Shown here: positions 46,501 through 55,029 of the stretch, one piece after another
How positions within the stretch are numbered: the first letter of the stretch is position 1
Layout of the letters: every line of letters begins with the position of its first letter
Assembly (NCBI GenBank): GCA_963706325.1
Contig: CAVPLT010000005.1
Location: forward strand, 192,001-256,000
Reading direction: 5' to 3'
Source: an uncultured Nitrospiraceae bacterium
Lineage (GTDB): Bacteria; Nitrospirota; Nitrospiria; Nitrospirales; Nitrospiraceae
DNA: 64,000 nt
Position numbers and translations under genes: made by a program
Notes under the pieces: generated by a model
Databases searched by the model: none
The model's input: only the letters and a program-made list of their open reading frames with translations
What the model was told of the DNA's origin: nothing

Positions 46501-47913
46501 GCGCTGCCGGCCGAATCCCTGGAACGTGAAGAGGCGTTCGATCGGGTGGTACTAGGCTGGATGGAATGTATCGGGCCGACGACAGCCGCAGAGCTCTCAC
46601 AGGCCCTGCATCTCTCTGACCGAGACATCCAAGCGACGTTTCTCAGACTCGAAGCCCAGGGGCATGTCCTACGGGGCCGCTTCCGTCCTGACGGACCAAC
46701 TGAACATGTCGGCGAAGCGGCTGTGACGGAATGGTGTCACAGGCGGCTGTTGGCCAGAATTCATCGCCTGACGATCGGCCGGCTGCGGAAGGAGATTGAA
46801 CCGGTTTCCGCCGCGGAATACATGCGGTTCCTGTTTCAATGGCAACATGCTTCGCCTGGGGCGCGACTGCATGGCGAGGTCGGCCTGCTTGAAGTGGTCA
46901 AGCAACTCGGGGGATTTGAAGCCGCCGCATCCGCGTGGGAACCCCACATCCTGCGGATTCGATTGGCCAAGTATGCGCCGGAATGGCTTGATCGGCTCTG
47001 TCTGAGCGGAGCAGTGATGTGGGGTCGTTTGACGCCGCATCCCAGGCTTATGCAGGAGTTGAGTCCGCTGCCAGGACGCCGGGTCGTGCCGACCAGAGTG
47101 GCCCCGGTGAGTGTGTTTGCGCGCGAGGATGCCCCGGCGTTGCTGGCTGCCGCTGGCGAAGGCATGCAGCACATGGATATTCATGCCCGCCTCGGCGCAT
47201 CGGCCCAAGCGGTTCGCCGCGGGTTGCAGGAGCGAGGGGCGAGTTTTTTCAGCGAGATGTTGCAGGTGACTCGCCTGTTGGCGTCGGAAGTCGAAGACGG
47301 GCTGTGGGAATTGGTGGCGGCGGGCTTGGTGACGGCTGACGGATTCGACAATCTGCGCGCGCTCATCGATCCACGGCGGCGGCGGGCGGAGGGGCAGGGA
47401 CGGAGTTGCCGCCCGCGCCACGTCGGCGGGCGCTGGTCGCTGTTGCGGACAGGCCAAGCGTCCGGTTCTGTGCAGGGAGCCGAGCAAACTGAAATTCTTG
47501 CCCGTCGATTGTTGCAGCGGTACGGCGTCGTGTTCCGCGACCTCTTGGCGCGCGAGTCGGTAGTGTCGTCCTGGCGGGATTTGCTGGTCTGTTACCGGCG
47601 TATGGAATCGAGGGGAGAACTACGCGGCGGCCGGTTTGTCGCTGGTTTTACCGGTGAGCAGTTTGCATTACCTGACGCGCTGGAAGCACTGCGCGCGCTC
47701 AAGAAACGGCCGGAGAGTCATGAGGAGATTAAAATTTCAGCCGCCGATCCGTTGAACCTCGCCGGGGTGATTCTACCGGGGCCTCGCATCGCCGCCGTGC
47801 CGTCGAACTTCGTGGTGTTTCGGGACGGCATGGTGGTTCGTACGGTGACGAGCCGAGAAACGACCGAGCGTCAACCGCCGTCGGTGGTTGCCGTCGTCCA
47901 AGTCCGAGGTTAG
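43594..47913 (+). CDS. lhr: Lhr-family DEAD/DEAH helicase, long form with C-terminal winged-helix/glycosylase-like region
   Basis: APTGSGKT, SPLKAL, TPESL, DEIH, SAT, HHGS, ELGIDVG, QRMGRAGH, GGAIPD; C-terminal LLQRYGVVFR, GRFVAGFTGEQFA, AADPLN. Confidence 0.92.
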   Translation: MMPTLPFHPIIADWFATRFACATDVQMQAWPAIQSDRDVLIAAPTGSGKTLAAFLTCIDRLFQKAVNCDLRDETQILYVSPLKALSNDVQKNLQQPLTEIGQAAFAAGLLLPELRVVVRTGDTPMTERQQMLRRPPHILITTPESLFILLTAEKSRAMLKTVRTVIVDEIHAVAPNKRGAHLALSLERMGALTGGLVQRIGLSATQRPIETVAEFLVGRRPLPQVIDVGHRRDMDLAVEVPKDELGAVATNAIWSDVYDRLAELVESHRSTLVFVNTRRLAERVSHYLEERLRHLGEGVVAAHHGSLSRQIRLSAEDRLKNGSVRVVVATASLELGIDVGTVDLACQIGSPRSIATCLQRMGRAGHWVHATPKGRLFATTRDELIECAALIRSIRAGLLDRIQVPSAPLDVLSQQIVAAAATQSWDETELFDLVRQAMPYRDVTRETFDAVVRMLAEGFVTSRGRGRAYLHHDRINHQIRGRRGARLAGLTSGGAIPDTANYVVIAEPDGTVVGSVDEDFAVESLAGDIILLGNTSWRIRGVETGKMRVEDAQGAPPTIPFWRGEGPSRTADLSAEVAHLKADIDRRLSADSVSQTPYAPPVQWLKQECSLDQRGAQQAVEYVLAGKAVLGTVPTQQTMVAERFFDESGGMQLVIHAPFGGRVNRAWGLALRKRFCVTFDFELQAAATDEGIVLSLGERHSFPLDTVFAFLNPKTVQEVLTQAVLQAPMFMTRWRWNATRALALLRFVGGKRVAPQIQRMRAEDLLAAVFPDALACQDNFHGERTARQIPDHPLAQETIRDCLTEAMDVEGLITVLEKIESGAIACVAVDTPMPSAFCHEILNANPYAYLDDAPLEERRARAVEMRRTLPPELAGGMGALDQSAIDQVIEESWPVVRDADEFHDALLSLGWVPCDHMPEWKQWVPVLTAAGRLVTVWRADSQLGWAPAEYHHLVQLLFPDDRIDPAHSAALPAESLEREEAFDRVVLGWMECIGPTTAAELSQALHLSDRDIQATFLRLEAQGHVLRGRFRPDGPTEHVGEAAVTEWCHRRLLARIHRLTIGRLRKEIEPVSAAEYMRFLFQWQHASPGARLHGEVGLLEVVKQLGGFEAAASAWEPHILRIRLAKYAPEWLDRLCLSGAVMWGRLTPHPRLMQELSPLPGRRVVPTRVAPVSVFAREDAPALLAAAGEGMQHMDIHARLGASAQAVRRGLQERGASFFSEMLQVTRLLASEVEDGLWELVAAGLVTADGFDNLRALIDPRRRRAEGQGRSCRPRHVGGRWSLLRTGQASGSVQGAEQTEILARRLLQRYGVVFRDLLARESVVSSWRDLLVCYRRMESRGELRGGRFVAGFTGEQFALPDALEALRALKKRPESHEEIKISAADPLNLAGVILPGPRIAAVPSNFVVFRDGMVVRTVTSRETTERQPPSVVAVVQVRG

Positions 47914-47971
47914 CGAGCGCTTGGATCGAGACATCTCGCCGTCTGTACCCTGGCAAGCCGGAGAGCAAGGC

Positions 47972-48826
47972 TCAGATGAGCTGGGCAGGAATCGCCAGCA
48001 GCGGACAACGCGCTCCTCGCAGGACACGTTCGGTCGTGCTGCCGCGCAAAAGGTCTAACACGCTGTCTTGTCCCTTGGTCGTCATCACGATCAAATCCAC
48101 GTCGAATTCCGCGCCTGCAGCCAGAATCCATTCCACCGGGTCGCCTTGGCCGAAGAGTTGATTCCACGACCAGTCGGCTCTCTGCGGCATGATTAAGTTC
48201 TCTATTCCGGTTTGCTCACCGGCGTGGACGAGCGTCAGGGTGATGGGTGGAACGCCGAGTTTTGAAATGAGCGAGCTCGCCGCATCGACGGCCGGCTGGG
48301 AGGGCGGGTCGAGCGAAATGGGCAACAACAAGCGGCGCAGCGAGGTCTCGCCGGTTTTGAGGGAGACGAACCCTTCCACGTGCGAAGGCACGAACAATGT
48401 CATGACTTCCATCTCGCGCGAAACCGGTTCTGCCACTGATTCGTGCAGCCAACGGGTCACGCCCTCGTGCTGGTGGGTCGCTAACACCATCAGATCGGTT
48501 GGCGAGGTGGTGAGATGGTGGATGATGGCCTGTTTGGGATCGGCGGCCAAGGCCCGAACTTTTTTGATGCCGATCCCCAGGCGCGCCACGTCGCTCTTGG
48601 CGCTGGATTCCGGCAGAAGTCCCCAGGAAGCCAGCGTGGGACGGATCCGTGGGAAGTCTTCGAAGCCTTCCGGAGCTACGGTGGGATCCACATGCATGAT
48701 CGTGAGTTCGGCCCGGTGAACCAAGGCGAGCTTGAGAGCATGGGCGAAGGCCACGTGACTGTCATGAGAGAAATCAGTGGGATGAAAAATGCGCTGAATG
48801 GGCCGAGACGCGAGCGTTGCGATCAT
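47972..48826 (-). CDS. Tandem universal stress protein
   Basis: IFHPTDFS, DLMVLATH, DLIVMTTKG, GSTTERVLRGARCPLL. Confidence 0.92.
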   Translation of the reverse strand: MIATLASRPIQRIFHPTDFSHDSHVAFAHALKLALVHRAELTIMHVDPTVAPEGFEDFPRIRPTLASWGLLPESSAKSDVARLGIGIKKVRALAADPKQAIIHHLTTSPTDLMVLATHQHEGVTRWLHESVAEPVSREMEVMTLFVPSHVEGFVSLKTGETSLRRLLLPISLDPPSQPAVDAASSLISKLGVPPITLTLVHAGEQTGIENLIMPQRADWSWNQLFGQGDPVEWILAAGAEFDVDLIVMTTKGQDSVLDLLRGSTTERVLRGARCPLLAIPAQLI

Positions 48827-48889
48827 ATCGATATGAATTCCCGGTCAGGTGCCGATATCAGGTGTCGGTGCATGCCGACTAGCCGGCGG

Positions 48890-49276
48890 TCAGCGCGCTG
48901 TGCGCACACGGTTCATGAGCTCGTCGATTGAAGTACTGCCGGAGCGACTCCATCGGCTGTAGGTGTCCTGCGCGAATTGCTTAAAGGAAGAGGCCTTGGA
49001 GTCGGCCATGAGTGTATCCAGGGACGCCAAATATTCTCCCTGCCCGCGGGCCAGGTCCTCTTCCAAGTTCTGGGCATTGTAGGCAGTAAAGGCAGCGACT
49101 TTATGTTCCGGTTTCAATAGGCCATCTTCGTTCCACCAGACACGTCCCGAGGTCGTGCCGGTGATATTGGATGTCGTATCAGTCGTTTCCTTAAAGGTGG
49201 CTTTGGTGGAGCAGGCTGAGAGCAGTAACATGCATGACAAGCCGCCGAGCGTCAGAAAAATTGGACGAGCGTGCAT
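48890..49276 (-). CDS. DUF3015-like lipoprotein
   Basis: RBS AAGGAG; lipobox LSAC; NLEEDLARGQGEYLASL. Confidence 0.75.
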   Translation of the reverse strand: MHARPIFLTLGGLSCMLLLSACSTKATFKETTDTTSNITGTTSGRVWWNEDGLLKPEHKVAAFTAYNAQNLEEDLARGQGEYLASLDTLMADSKASSFKQFAQDTYSRWSRSGSTSIDELMNRVRTAR

Positions 49277-49450
49277 GTGTGAGGCTCCTTGCATGGGCGA
49301 AAGTGAAATCGGCGATCTCGCGCGACTATACCATAAGCACCGAAAAAATTGAGCCTGGGGAGATACCGAGTCTAAAGGCTGGACGTTTGTCGAGGTCCTT
49401 CTGGAAGGTTGTAGGCCTGGCACGGGCATTCGAGAAACAGAGGGCGACGA

Positions 49451-49479
49451 TTGACAATCGTTCAAGGCCTGCGCACAAT
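49451..49479 (+). promoter_or_regulatory. Sigma70 promoter
   Basis: TTGACA-N17-CACAAT about 95 nt upstream of ATG 49574. Confidence 0.5.
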
Positions 49480-49573
49480 CGGCGAATCTTAGCGGACAAC
49501 GCGAGACAAGCGTCTGTGGGCAGTGGAAATCGCATTGGGACCAGACTTGTATTGTAGGTAGGGAGGTCGGAGT

Positions 49574-50014
49574 ATGAAATGTGTAGCGCTGTTTTGCATC
49601 GTGGTGGGCGTGAGCGCATGGAGTACGGCGGTGCGCGCGGAGTCGGTTCCTCTAAAGCCGGGTGAGTACCAGATTGCAGCGGTCACAGAGGCCAGTAATG
49701 GAGAGGCGGGCAAACCGGACATCCATACCCGTTGCGTAAAGGACGAACACCTGGCCAACCCGGATGCCGTCTTTAATAATTATGTGACGAACGGATTCAA
49801 ACTCAAGCCGTCGAACAAGGTCATGAACGTGTCCGTCCACGATGGCAAGGTTAGTTATGACATCGAGGGACCCCATGCGTTCACCCGTGTAGAAGGCACC
49901 GTATCCGGTACCACGTTCTCTGTGGTCCGCAAGGCAAAACCCATCTCTGGGGCAGGCCTGTTGGTCACGATGAAAATCGACGGGAAACGCACCGGAGAGT
50001 GCGCGAGCAAGTAG
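49574..50014 (+). CDS. Secreted DUF3617-like protein
   Basis: RBS GGGAGGT; signal peptide; LKPGEYQI...C...GKRTGEC. Confidence 0.7.
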   Translation: MKCVALFCIVVGVSAWSTAVRAESVPLKPGEYQIAAVTEASNGEAGKPDIHTRCVKDEHLANPDAVFNNYVTNGFKLKPSNKVMNVSVHDGKVSYDIEGPHAFTRVEGTVSGTTFSVVRKAKPISGAGLLVTMKIDGKRTGECASK

Positions 50015-50063
50015 TGAACGCGCGAATGTGGCGAGGTTGCCCGCCGCATCTCCCATGCGTGAT

Positions 50064-50083
50064 GAGGCCGGGTCTTCGGCCTC
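50064..50083. terminator. GC-rich hairpin downstream of the DUF3617-like gene
   Basis: GAGGCCG-GGTCTT-CGGCCTC followed by a pyrimidine-rich tract. Confidence 0.4.
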
Positions 50084-50114
50084 CTGTCTCCTTGCCGCGT
50101 GTCTCCTTGCCTCG

Positions 50115-50440
50115 CTAGTTCACCCACAATCGCTGATACCAGACCTTCTCTTCGCCGAGCGTGCCTGACGCGATGACCATGGCTTTACGAATGTCACCGA
50201 TATGCTACCGTCAGTGATGCCAGCGTATGGGTTTCCCGCCTGTAGCGTACGCGTATCTGTTGCCGATAGGCGGTCGCGGCGGCGCAGTCGTCCGTTCCGG
50301 GTCCCAGGGTGCCAAAGGCGTAGCGCGCCTGGAATTGCCGCGGTCCGACGTTTTTTTGAGCATAAGGTCTCCAGGGAAATCTGCCGCATTGTAATGGGAC
50401 ATGCAGCCTAGTGAGGAACTCATTCTGCGCGGCTCCCATG
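50115..50440 (-). pseudogene. 3' remnant of a DUF2330-like gene
   Basis: Across several frameshifts: FLTRLHV / HYNAADFPGDLM..TSDRGN / FQARY / CAAATAYRQQIR..ETHTLASLT / DIRKAM..VWYQRLW-stop; 5' part missing. Confidence 0.65.
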
Positions 50441-50650
50441 CCCTTGCTTGTCCGGCAGTGCCCCTTGCCAGAGGAGGCCGAGCTCACGCAGACAACCGAT
50501 CGGCTTCAGGGATGAAAACTGTCAATCCTTCGATAGGCTCTTAGCCTCTATAGTGATTCTAAAATCGACGAAGGCGGCAAGGGCTTTGGTTAGTTCACTT
50601 GCCTGAAGCATTTCGAGAACCTCTGTCGCGCAGCAATAGCTAGGTCAAGA

Positions 50651-51064
50651 GTGGACTCATTGGTACCCCTCATGTTTGTTCTGGCCCCGCTGCCTGGCTT
50701 GGCAGTAGGGATCTGGCTGCGTACTCGTCTCCGCCAGTGGCGGTGGCCGCTGCTCGTGCCTGCTTCAGGTTTCCTGGCTGTTGGTTTGGCGCTAGCGGGG
50801 CTCATGGCTTATCCTGGACCGGACACACGCTATGCGATAGGAACTTTTCCTTGGGTCGTTCGCAATTGGCTCGTCATTCCCGCAGGCCTGATGGCTTTGG
50901 CTTGGCCATCATTGGTTGCATTGGTGATCGTGCGCTTCATGCCGCTGACATTGCCTATTTGGAGAGTGTCGCTCATGGCGGTTCTTGCAGGCTACCTCTG
51001 TCTGTTAGCGGCTATGCTGGTGTTGCTCGTTATCAGTTGCGGTCTTACCGGGGATTGTGGCTAG
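50651..51064 (+). CDS. Hypothetical multi-pass membrane protein
   Basis: Four hydrophobic segments in 137 aa; fills the gap. Confidence 0.6.
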   Translation: MDSLVPLMFVLAPLPGLAVGIWLRTRLRQWRWPLLVPASGFLAVGLALAGLMAYPGPDTRYAIGTFPWVVRNWLVIPAGLMALAWPSLVALVIVRFMPLTLPIWRVSLMAVLAGYLCLLAAMLVLLVISCGLTGDCG

Positions 51065-51244
51065 AGATGAGACGTCTTCAATGGCCGTTCCGTTAGCTTT
51101 GCGTCCTCCGTCGGCAGAGTGTCCGGCGATAAAAATTTGAAGAATCGGCTATGTGAAGAGGTGACGATACACAACGTACCACCTTCACTGGACCCAGAAA
51201 TGTTCCCGACGAGAGAACGACGCCGTGGGAAGTAACGCCTGATC

Positions 51245-51655
51245 ATGATTCGCCTTAAAAGGATCTCGCATTGTATCTATGGCATTGTCTTCATGGCAGC
51301 CGGAACCAACCACTTCCTAAACCCACCGTTTTATGTGAGCATCATGCCGCCATACCTGCCTTGGCAGGAGGCACTGGTGTACCTGAGCGGCGTTGCAGAA
51401 ATCGGATTGGGAGGATTACTGCTGTTCGAACGCTGGTCCAGGTTGGCCGCTTGGGGACTCACCGCCTTATTGATCGCGGTGTTTCCGGCGAATGTTCACA
51501 TGGCCATGCATCATGAAGAATACCAGTGGGCGTCGCCGCTTGTCCTCTGGCTGCGCCTTCCGCTACAAGGCCTTTTGATCCTCTGGGCCTACTGGTATAC
51601 CGGAATGGATCGCTCAAACAAGCATTTGCGCCAACAAGGTTTGCTGCATGAATAA
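51245..51655 (+). CDS. DoxX-like membrane protein
   Basis: AGTNHF..P.FY..IMPPYLP, SGVAEI, AVFPANVHMA, LRLPLQ. Confidence 0.85.
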   Translation: MIRLKRISHCIYGIVFMAAGTNHFLNPPFYVSIMPPYLPWQEALVYLSGVAEIGLGGLLLFERWSRLAAWGLTALLIAVFPANVHMAMHHEEYQWASPLVLWLRLPLQGLLILWAYWYTGMDRSNKHLRQQGLLHE

Positions 51656-52064
51656 ATCACGCGCCCAGCTGTTTCGCCTGGTTCTGACAATCGGGTTGAT
51701 CCTCACCGGTTGCTCCGAGCAATCGGCTCCGCCCGAGCCAGCTCCTCAAGCGCCGGCGGCATCCTCCCCTGGCTTCATCAATATTGTGTGGAAGGTGAGT
51801 GAGTCGCCCAGCGTCGCGCCGGGGACCTTATATGTCTTTCTGTCCGACGGCACCTTGCTCGTGGCCTCTCCACACGGAAAACCGGCAGTGGGAACCTGGA
51901 GAGACGCCGGAGGAATTCTGACAATGGTCGAAGAAGGCGTTCCGTACCAGGTGGATGTCTTGAATGTCAGTCATGATGAATTTAGGATCCGGAGCCACAA
52001 TCCTGGTAAGCCGGCGGAGATTACGTTCGTGCCGGCTGAGAAGCCTTCTCGCGAGAACCAATGA
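51648..52064 (+). CDS. Hypothetical lipoprotein
   Basis: Lipobox LTGC; Pro/Ala linker; beta-rich domain. Confidence 0.75.
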   Translation: MNKSRAQLFRLVLTIGLILTGCSEQSAPPEPAPQAPAASSPGFINIVWKVSESPSVAPGTLYVFLSDGTLLVASPHGKPAVGTWRDAGGILTMVEEGVPYQVDVLNVSHDEFRIRSHNPGKPAEITFVPAEKPSRENQ

Positions 52065-52193
52065 GGGCGAAACCTGCCTGAAGAGATGCATCGGTCTCTC
52101 AATGCGCGACGCGCGTATACTCTGAAAGGGCACGTCGAAGGCGCGAGAAGAAACTTTCCTCCGCCCAACCGGACCTAACTCAAGGCGGCAGCG

Positions 52194-52496
52194 ATGGTGA
52201 CGGTCGCGGTATTGTTCGGCTCGAAGCCAAGCCAGGCAAAGAAAAAGAGGTGGGGCAATTTCTGCGTAGCGGACTTCCACTGGTGAACGACGAGCCCGCA
52301 ACTACGGCCTGGTTCGGCATCCGAATCGGCGCATCGACATTCGATATCTCTGATGCCTTTCCCGATGAGCACCGACGGCAGGCGCATTTGTCCGACAAGG
52401 TCGCCGCAGCGTTGATGGCACAGGCCGGTGATACTTTCCACGCCATCTAGCACCGAGAAGGTCGATGTCTTGGCTGCGAAGCTTCCAGGAAAATGA
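52194..52496 (+). pseudogene. Antibiotic-biosynthesis-monooxygenase (ABM) family pseudogene
   Basis: Reconstructed MVTVAV-/-VRLEAKPGKEKEVGQFLRSGLPLVNDEPATTAWFGIRIG...RQAHLS..VAAALMAQAG-/-EKVDVLAAKLPGK; frameshifts near 52213 and 52434. Confidence 0.75.
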
Positions 52497-52530
52497 GAAG
52501 CAACGGTGTCCTTGTGGCGCGCTTGGCTAC

Positions 52531-53651
52531 TTAACGTCTGATGGGAATCTCCACGGTCATCTGCGCGGTTTGGGAGGAGTCCTGGCCGACTACGTAGGTG
52601 GCCTGCTCTTGTGCGCCAATTTCATCGGCAGCTATCGATTCGATGAGCAGATTGGCCGCAAACCGATCGAGCATACCGACTTCCTGCATCGTCAGCGGCG
52701 CAAATGGTTTCGGAGACAGACGGACGATGAGACTGAGCAATCCACTCTCTGCCGGTGGGGGCAAGGGGATCTCATTCCGTTTTCCAGCAATCACTTTTAG
52801 TGAGATTTTCCCTGTTTCCTGTGGAGGCCACCACAGGCGAGTGCCGGCAGTGCCGAGGGTTTGGAGAATTTGCAGATAGGCATCCTGATTCGATTCCAGG
52901 CTGATGCGCACCGGCCCAGCGCTTTTGGCTGCGGTGACGGCATCCACCACTCGCTCCCGTCCATCGGTGTCACGCGCCACAAAACTATACCGTAACCCTA
53001 GTGGCTTGGATGAGGCCACTTCTGTTGCCTTACCTGCGGCTGTCAACCGTTTTGCCTGGTCATCCGGGCGAGTGGCCTGGGATGCTGACCCTACCGCGGC
53101 GTTCGAGCCTGACTCAATTCCATTGAACATCGCTCGCGCGCTCTTTCGCTCGACGGATCGGTCGTCCAGCGCATCTTTCTTCGCCGGCGTACGCACGGAA
53201 TCCATGCTTGCTTTCGACTTCAGTGGCGGCTCGACGCTCGAAGGCTGCGGGGGGCTGGATGTGTGCGATACCGGGTCCGCTGGACCATTTTCGGTGGGGA
53301 CTGTGCGGGGTCCTCGCTCCAGACTCTCCTGATACATCTTCGTGCCGAACGCGACGGCAAAGATGACCGCGCAGAGGCCTCCTGCGAAGGCAAGTCCGGC
53401 TGGTCGCCTTAACCAGCCCCTCATGAGAGGGAGCCGCCTGTCGTTGAAGTGCCGGGTTTCCTTACGGCTTGCAGCAGTCGGTCACGCACCAGCGGATCGA
53501 CCAGCCATTCTTTCAGCGCTTGCTCATCGGCGAGGGCATTGGAGAACTGTTGGTCCTGCATGGCGGCTATATAGAGACGGATGCGCTTCTCCGGCACCGA
53601 CGTATCCACGGCGAATCCGCCCAAGAGTTTTTCTAAGTCGCGTTCAAACAT
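52531..53651 (-). pseudogene. Anti-sigma-like membrane protein split by a frameshift near 53422
   Basis: N-part DLEKLLGGFA..ALADEQALKE ends at GGSLS-stop; the next frame continues GWLRRPAGLAFAGGL (TM) into an extracytoplasmic domain; directly downstream of a sigma fragment. Confidence 0.6.
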
Positions 53652-53688
53652 GGGACTCCATCTTTCGTGAATCGTTCAATGTCGATGC

Positions 53689-54003
53689 TCAATTGAGTCT
53701 ATGCATTGAACATTCAACATCGGACATTGACCGTCGTCGGTGCGTCAGCGGATGTTCATCAAGCGATTCCTGATTATACTCGCCGCGGCGGAGCGGCTTG
53801 CGATGTGCATCCAACATTTTAAATCGAAGCATTTGAAAGGCCAGCGTAACCAATTCGGTGAGTTCGGTCACGTTCGCATATTTCTCATGCGGGAGGACCA
53901 GCTTTTCTTGGGTGAGGTGCTCAGCTACATCCCTCACTAGACGTGATGTCCCAGAGCTGAAGATCCTTGCGCGGAGATGCGTGAGTATTGTGCTGCGATC
54001 CAT
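53689..54003 (-). pseudogene. Truncated ECF-type sigma factor (region 2 only)
   Basis: RDVAEHLTQE.L..HEKY...LAFQMLRFKMLDAHRK resembles sigma70 region 2; no region 4 HTH follows. Confidence 0.6.
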
Positions 54004-54006
54004 GGA

Positions 54007-55029
54007 TCATTGATTCGGCGATCCCGCCGGCTGCACGATCACACCGTCGAACGAACGGAAGTTGAGTCCCAATCCTCGGCAGACCTCGACCTGACGATCG
54101 AAGCGATTCGTCGTGCGAATCATCTTGCTCAACGACCGCAGGCCGACGCGGCCCCAGGCTGCCAGGTGGAACACCGACAGGGGATAGTCGGTGCCGAAGA
54201 GGAGGCGGTCCTGAAGTTCAGGGTGATGTCTGAGATAGAGCAGCATCCGAATCCGGTTGGGAAGCGTGAGGGCGGAGATGTCGGCATAAAAGTTTGGATA
54301 GCGCTGTGCGAACGCATGAAAGGTGGGCAGGAACTTTTCGTACAGCATCAGGCCGTAACTGCAGGCATGGGCCGCAATAACGGTTGTCCCTTCATCGAGT
54401 GCCGTGAGGAGCCGGTCAGGGTCGCCGACGGACTGGTCTTTTCCGATCAGGCTGAACTCGAAACCCACGTGACTCAGCAAGGGAAGCTTCCGCTCTGCTA
54501 GAGCGCGATAGAACGATCTGTATTTCTGGTCGGCTGGATTGAAGTGCTGTGCGTTGGGAAGGACTTTCACCAAGACGGCGCCGGCATCAGCGCAACGATG
54601 GACTTCATCGATCGCATCTTTCCGCTGCGGGTTGATCGAAGGGCCGGCCAAAAATAAGTCAGGGTAGGCCTGGACGGTCTTCAGCACGTACTTATTGCTG
54701 ATGAGGAACTCCGTCTGGTCTCGGTTCAAGATGCCTGCCTGGTCGTAGAAGCCATCCATCCCGAGGAGCACGGCTTTCTGCACATGGCGAGAGGCCCGCA
54801 GCTCGGTTACAAGGTGGTCGAGATATTTCCGGTTGGTTTCTCGCGGGTGAGCAGGAGATAAGTCTTGCTTCCACATCAGAAAACGGAACAACGGGCTCTT
54901 CAGCAGCTTCGGGGAGATGAAACAACCGTTATCGTTGTCCGGCAGTGCCGCGAGATGCACATGACAGTCGATCAGCGGTTTTCCAGGAGATGGTGTCACA
55001 GGATTCACGGGAGACCTGTCACGAGTCAC
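54007..55029 (-). CDS. Amidohydrolase_2 family protein
   Basis: IDCHVH, PSINP, VKVLP, SHVG, IAAH, YADIS, LFGTDYP. Confidence 0.9.
   Translation of the reverse strand: MTRDRSPVNPVTPSPGKPLIDCHVHLAALPDNDNGCFISPKLLKSPLFRFLMWKQDLSPAHPRETNRKYLDHLVTELRASRHVQKAVLLGMDGFYDQAGILNRDQTEFLISNKYVLKTVQAYPDLFLAGPSINPQRKDAIDEVHRCADAGAVLVKVLPNAQHFNPADQKYRSFYRALAERKLPLLSHVGFEFSLIGKDQSVGDPDRLLTALDEGTTVIAAHACSYGLMLYEKFLPTFHAFAQRYPNFYADISALTLPNRIRMLLYLRHHPELQDRLLFGTDYPLSVFHLAAWGRVGLRSLSKMIRTTNRFDRQVEVCRGLGLNFRSFDGVIVQPAGSPNQ

Noticed and set aside
49418..49432. Sigma54 promoter TGGCACG-GGCA-TTCG
   Set aside because: The -24 box is perfect but the -12 lacks the conserved GC; a sigma70-like promoter lies just downstream.
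50086..50112. Direct repeat TGTCTCCTTGCC x2
   Set aside because: Two short copies only; no supporting context.
49574..52496. Integron cassette array (run of short co-oriented accessory genes)
   Set aside because: No attC-like RYYYAAC...GTTRRRY palindromes recognised between genes, no integrase, and two of the genes overlap.
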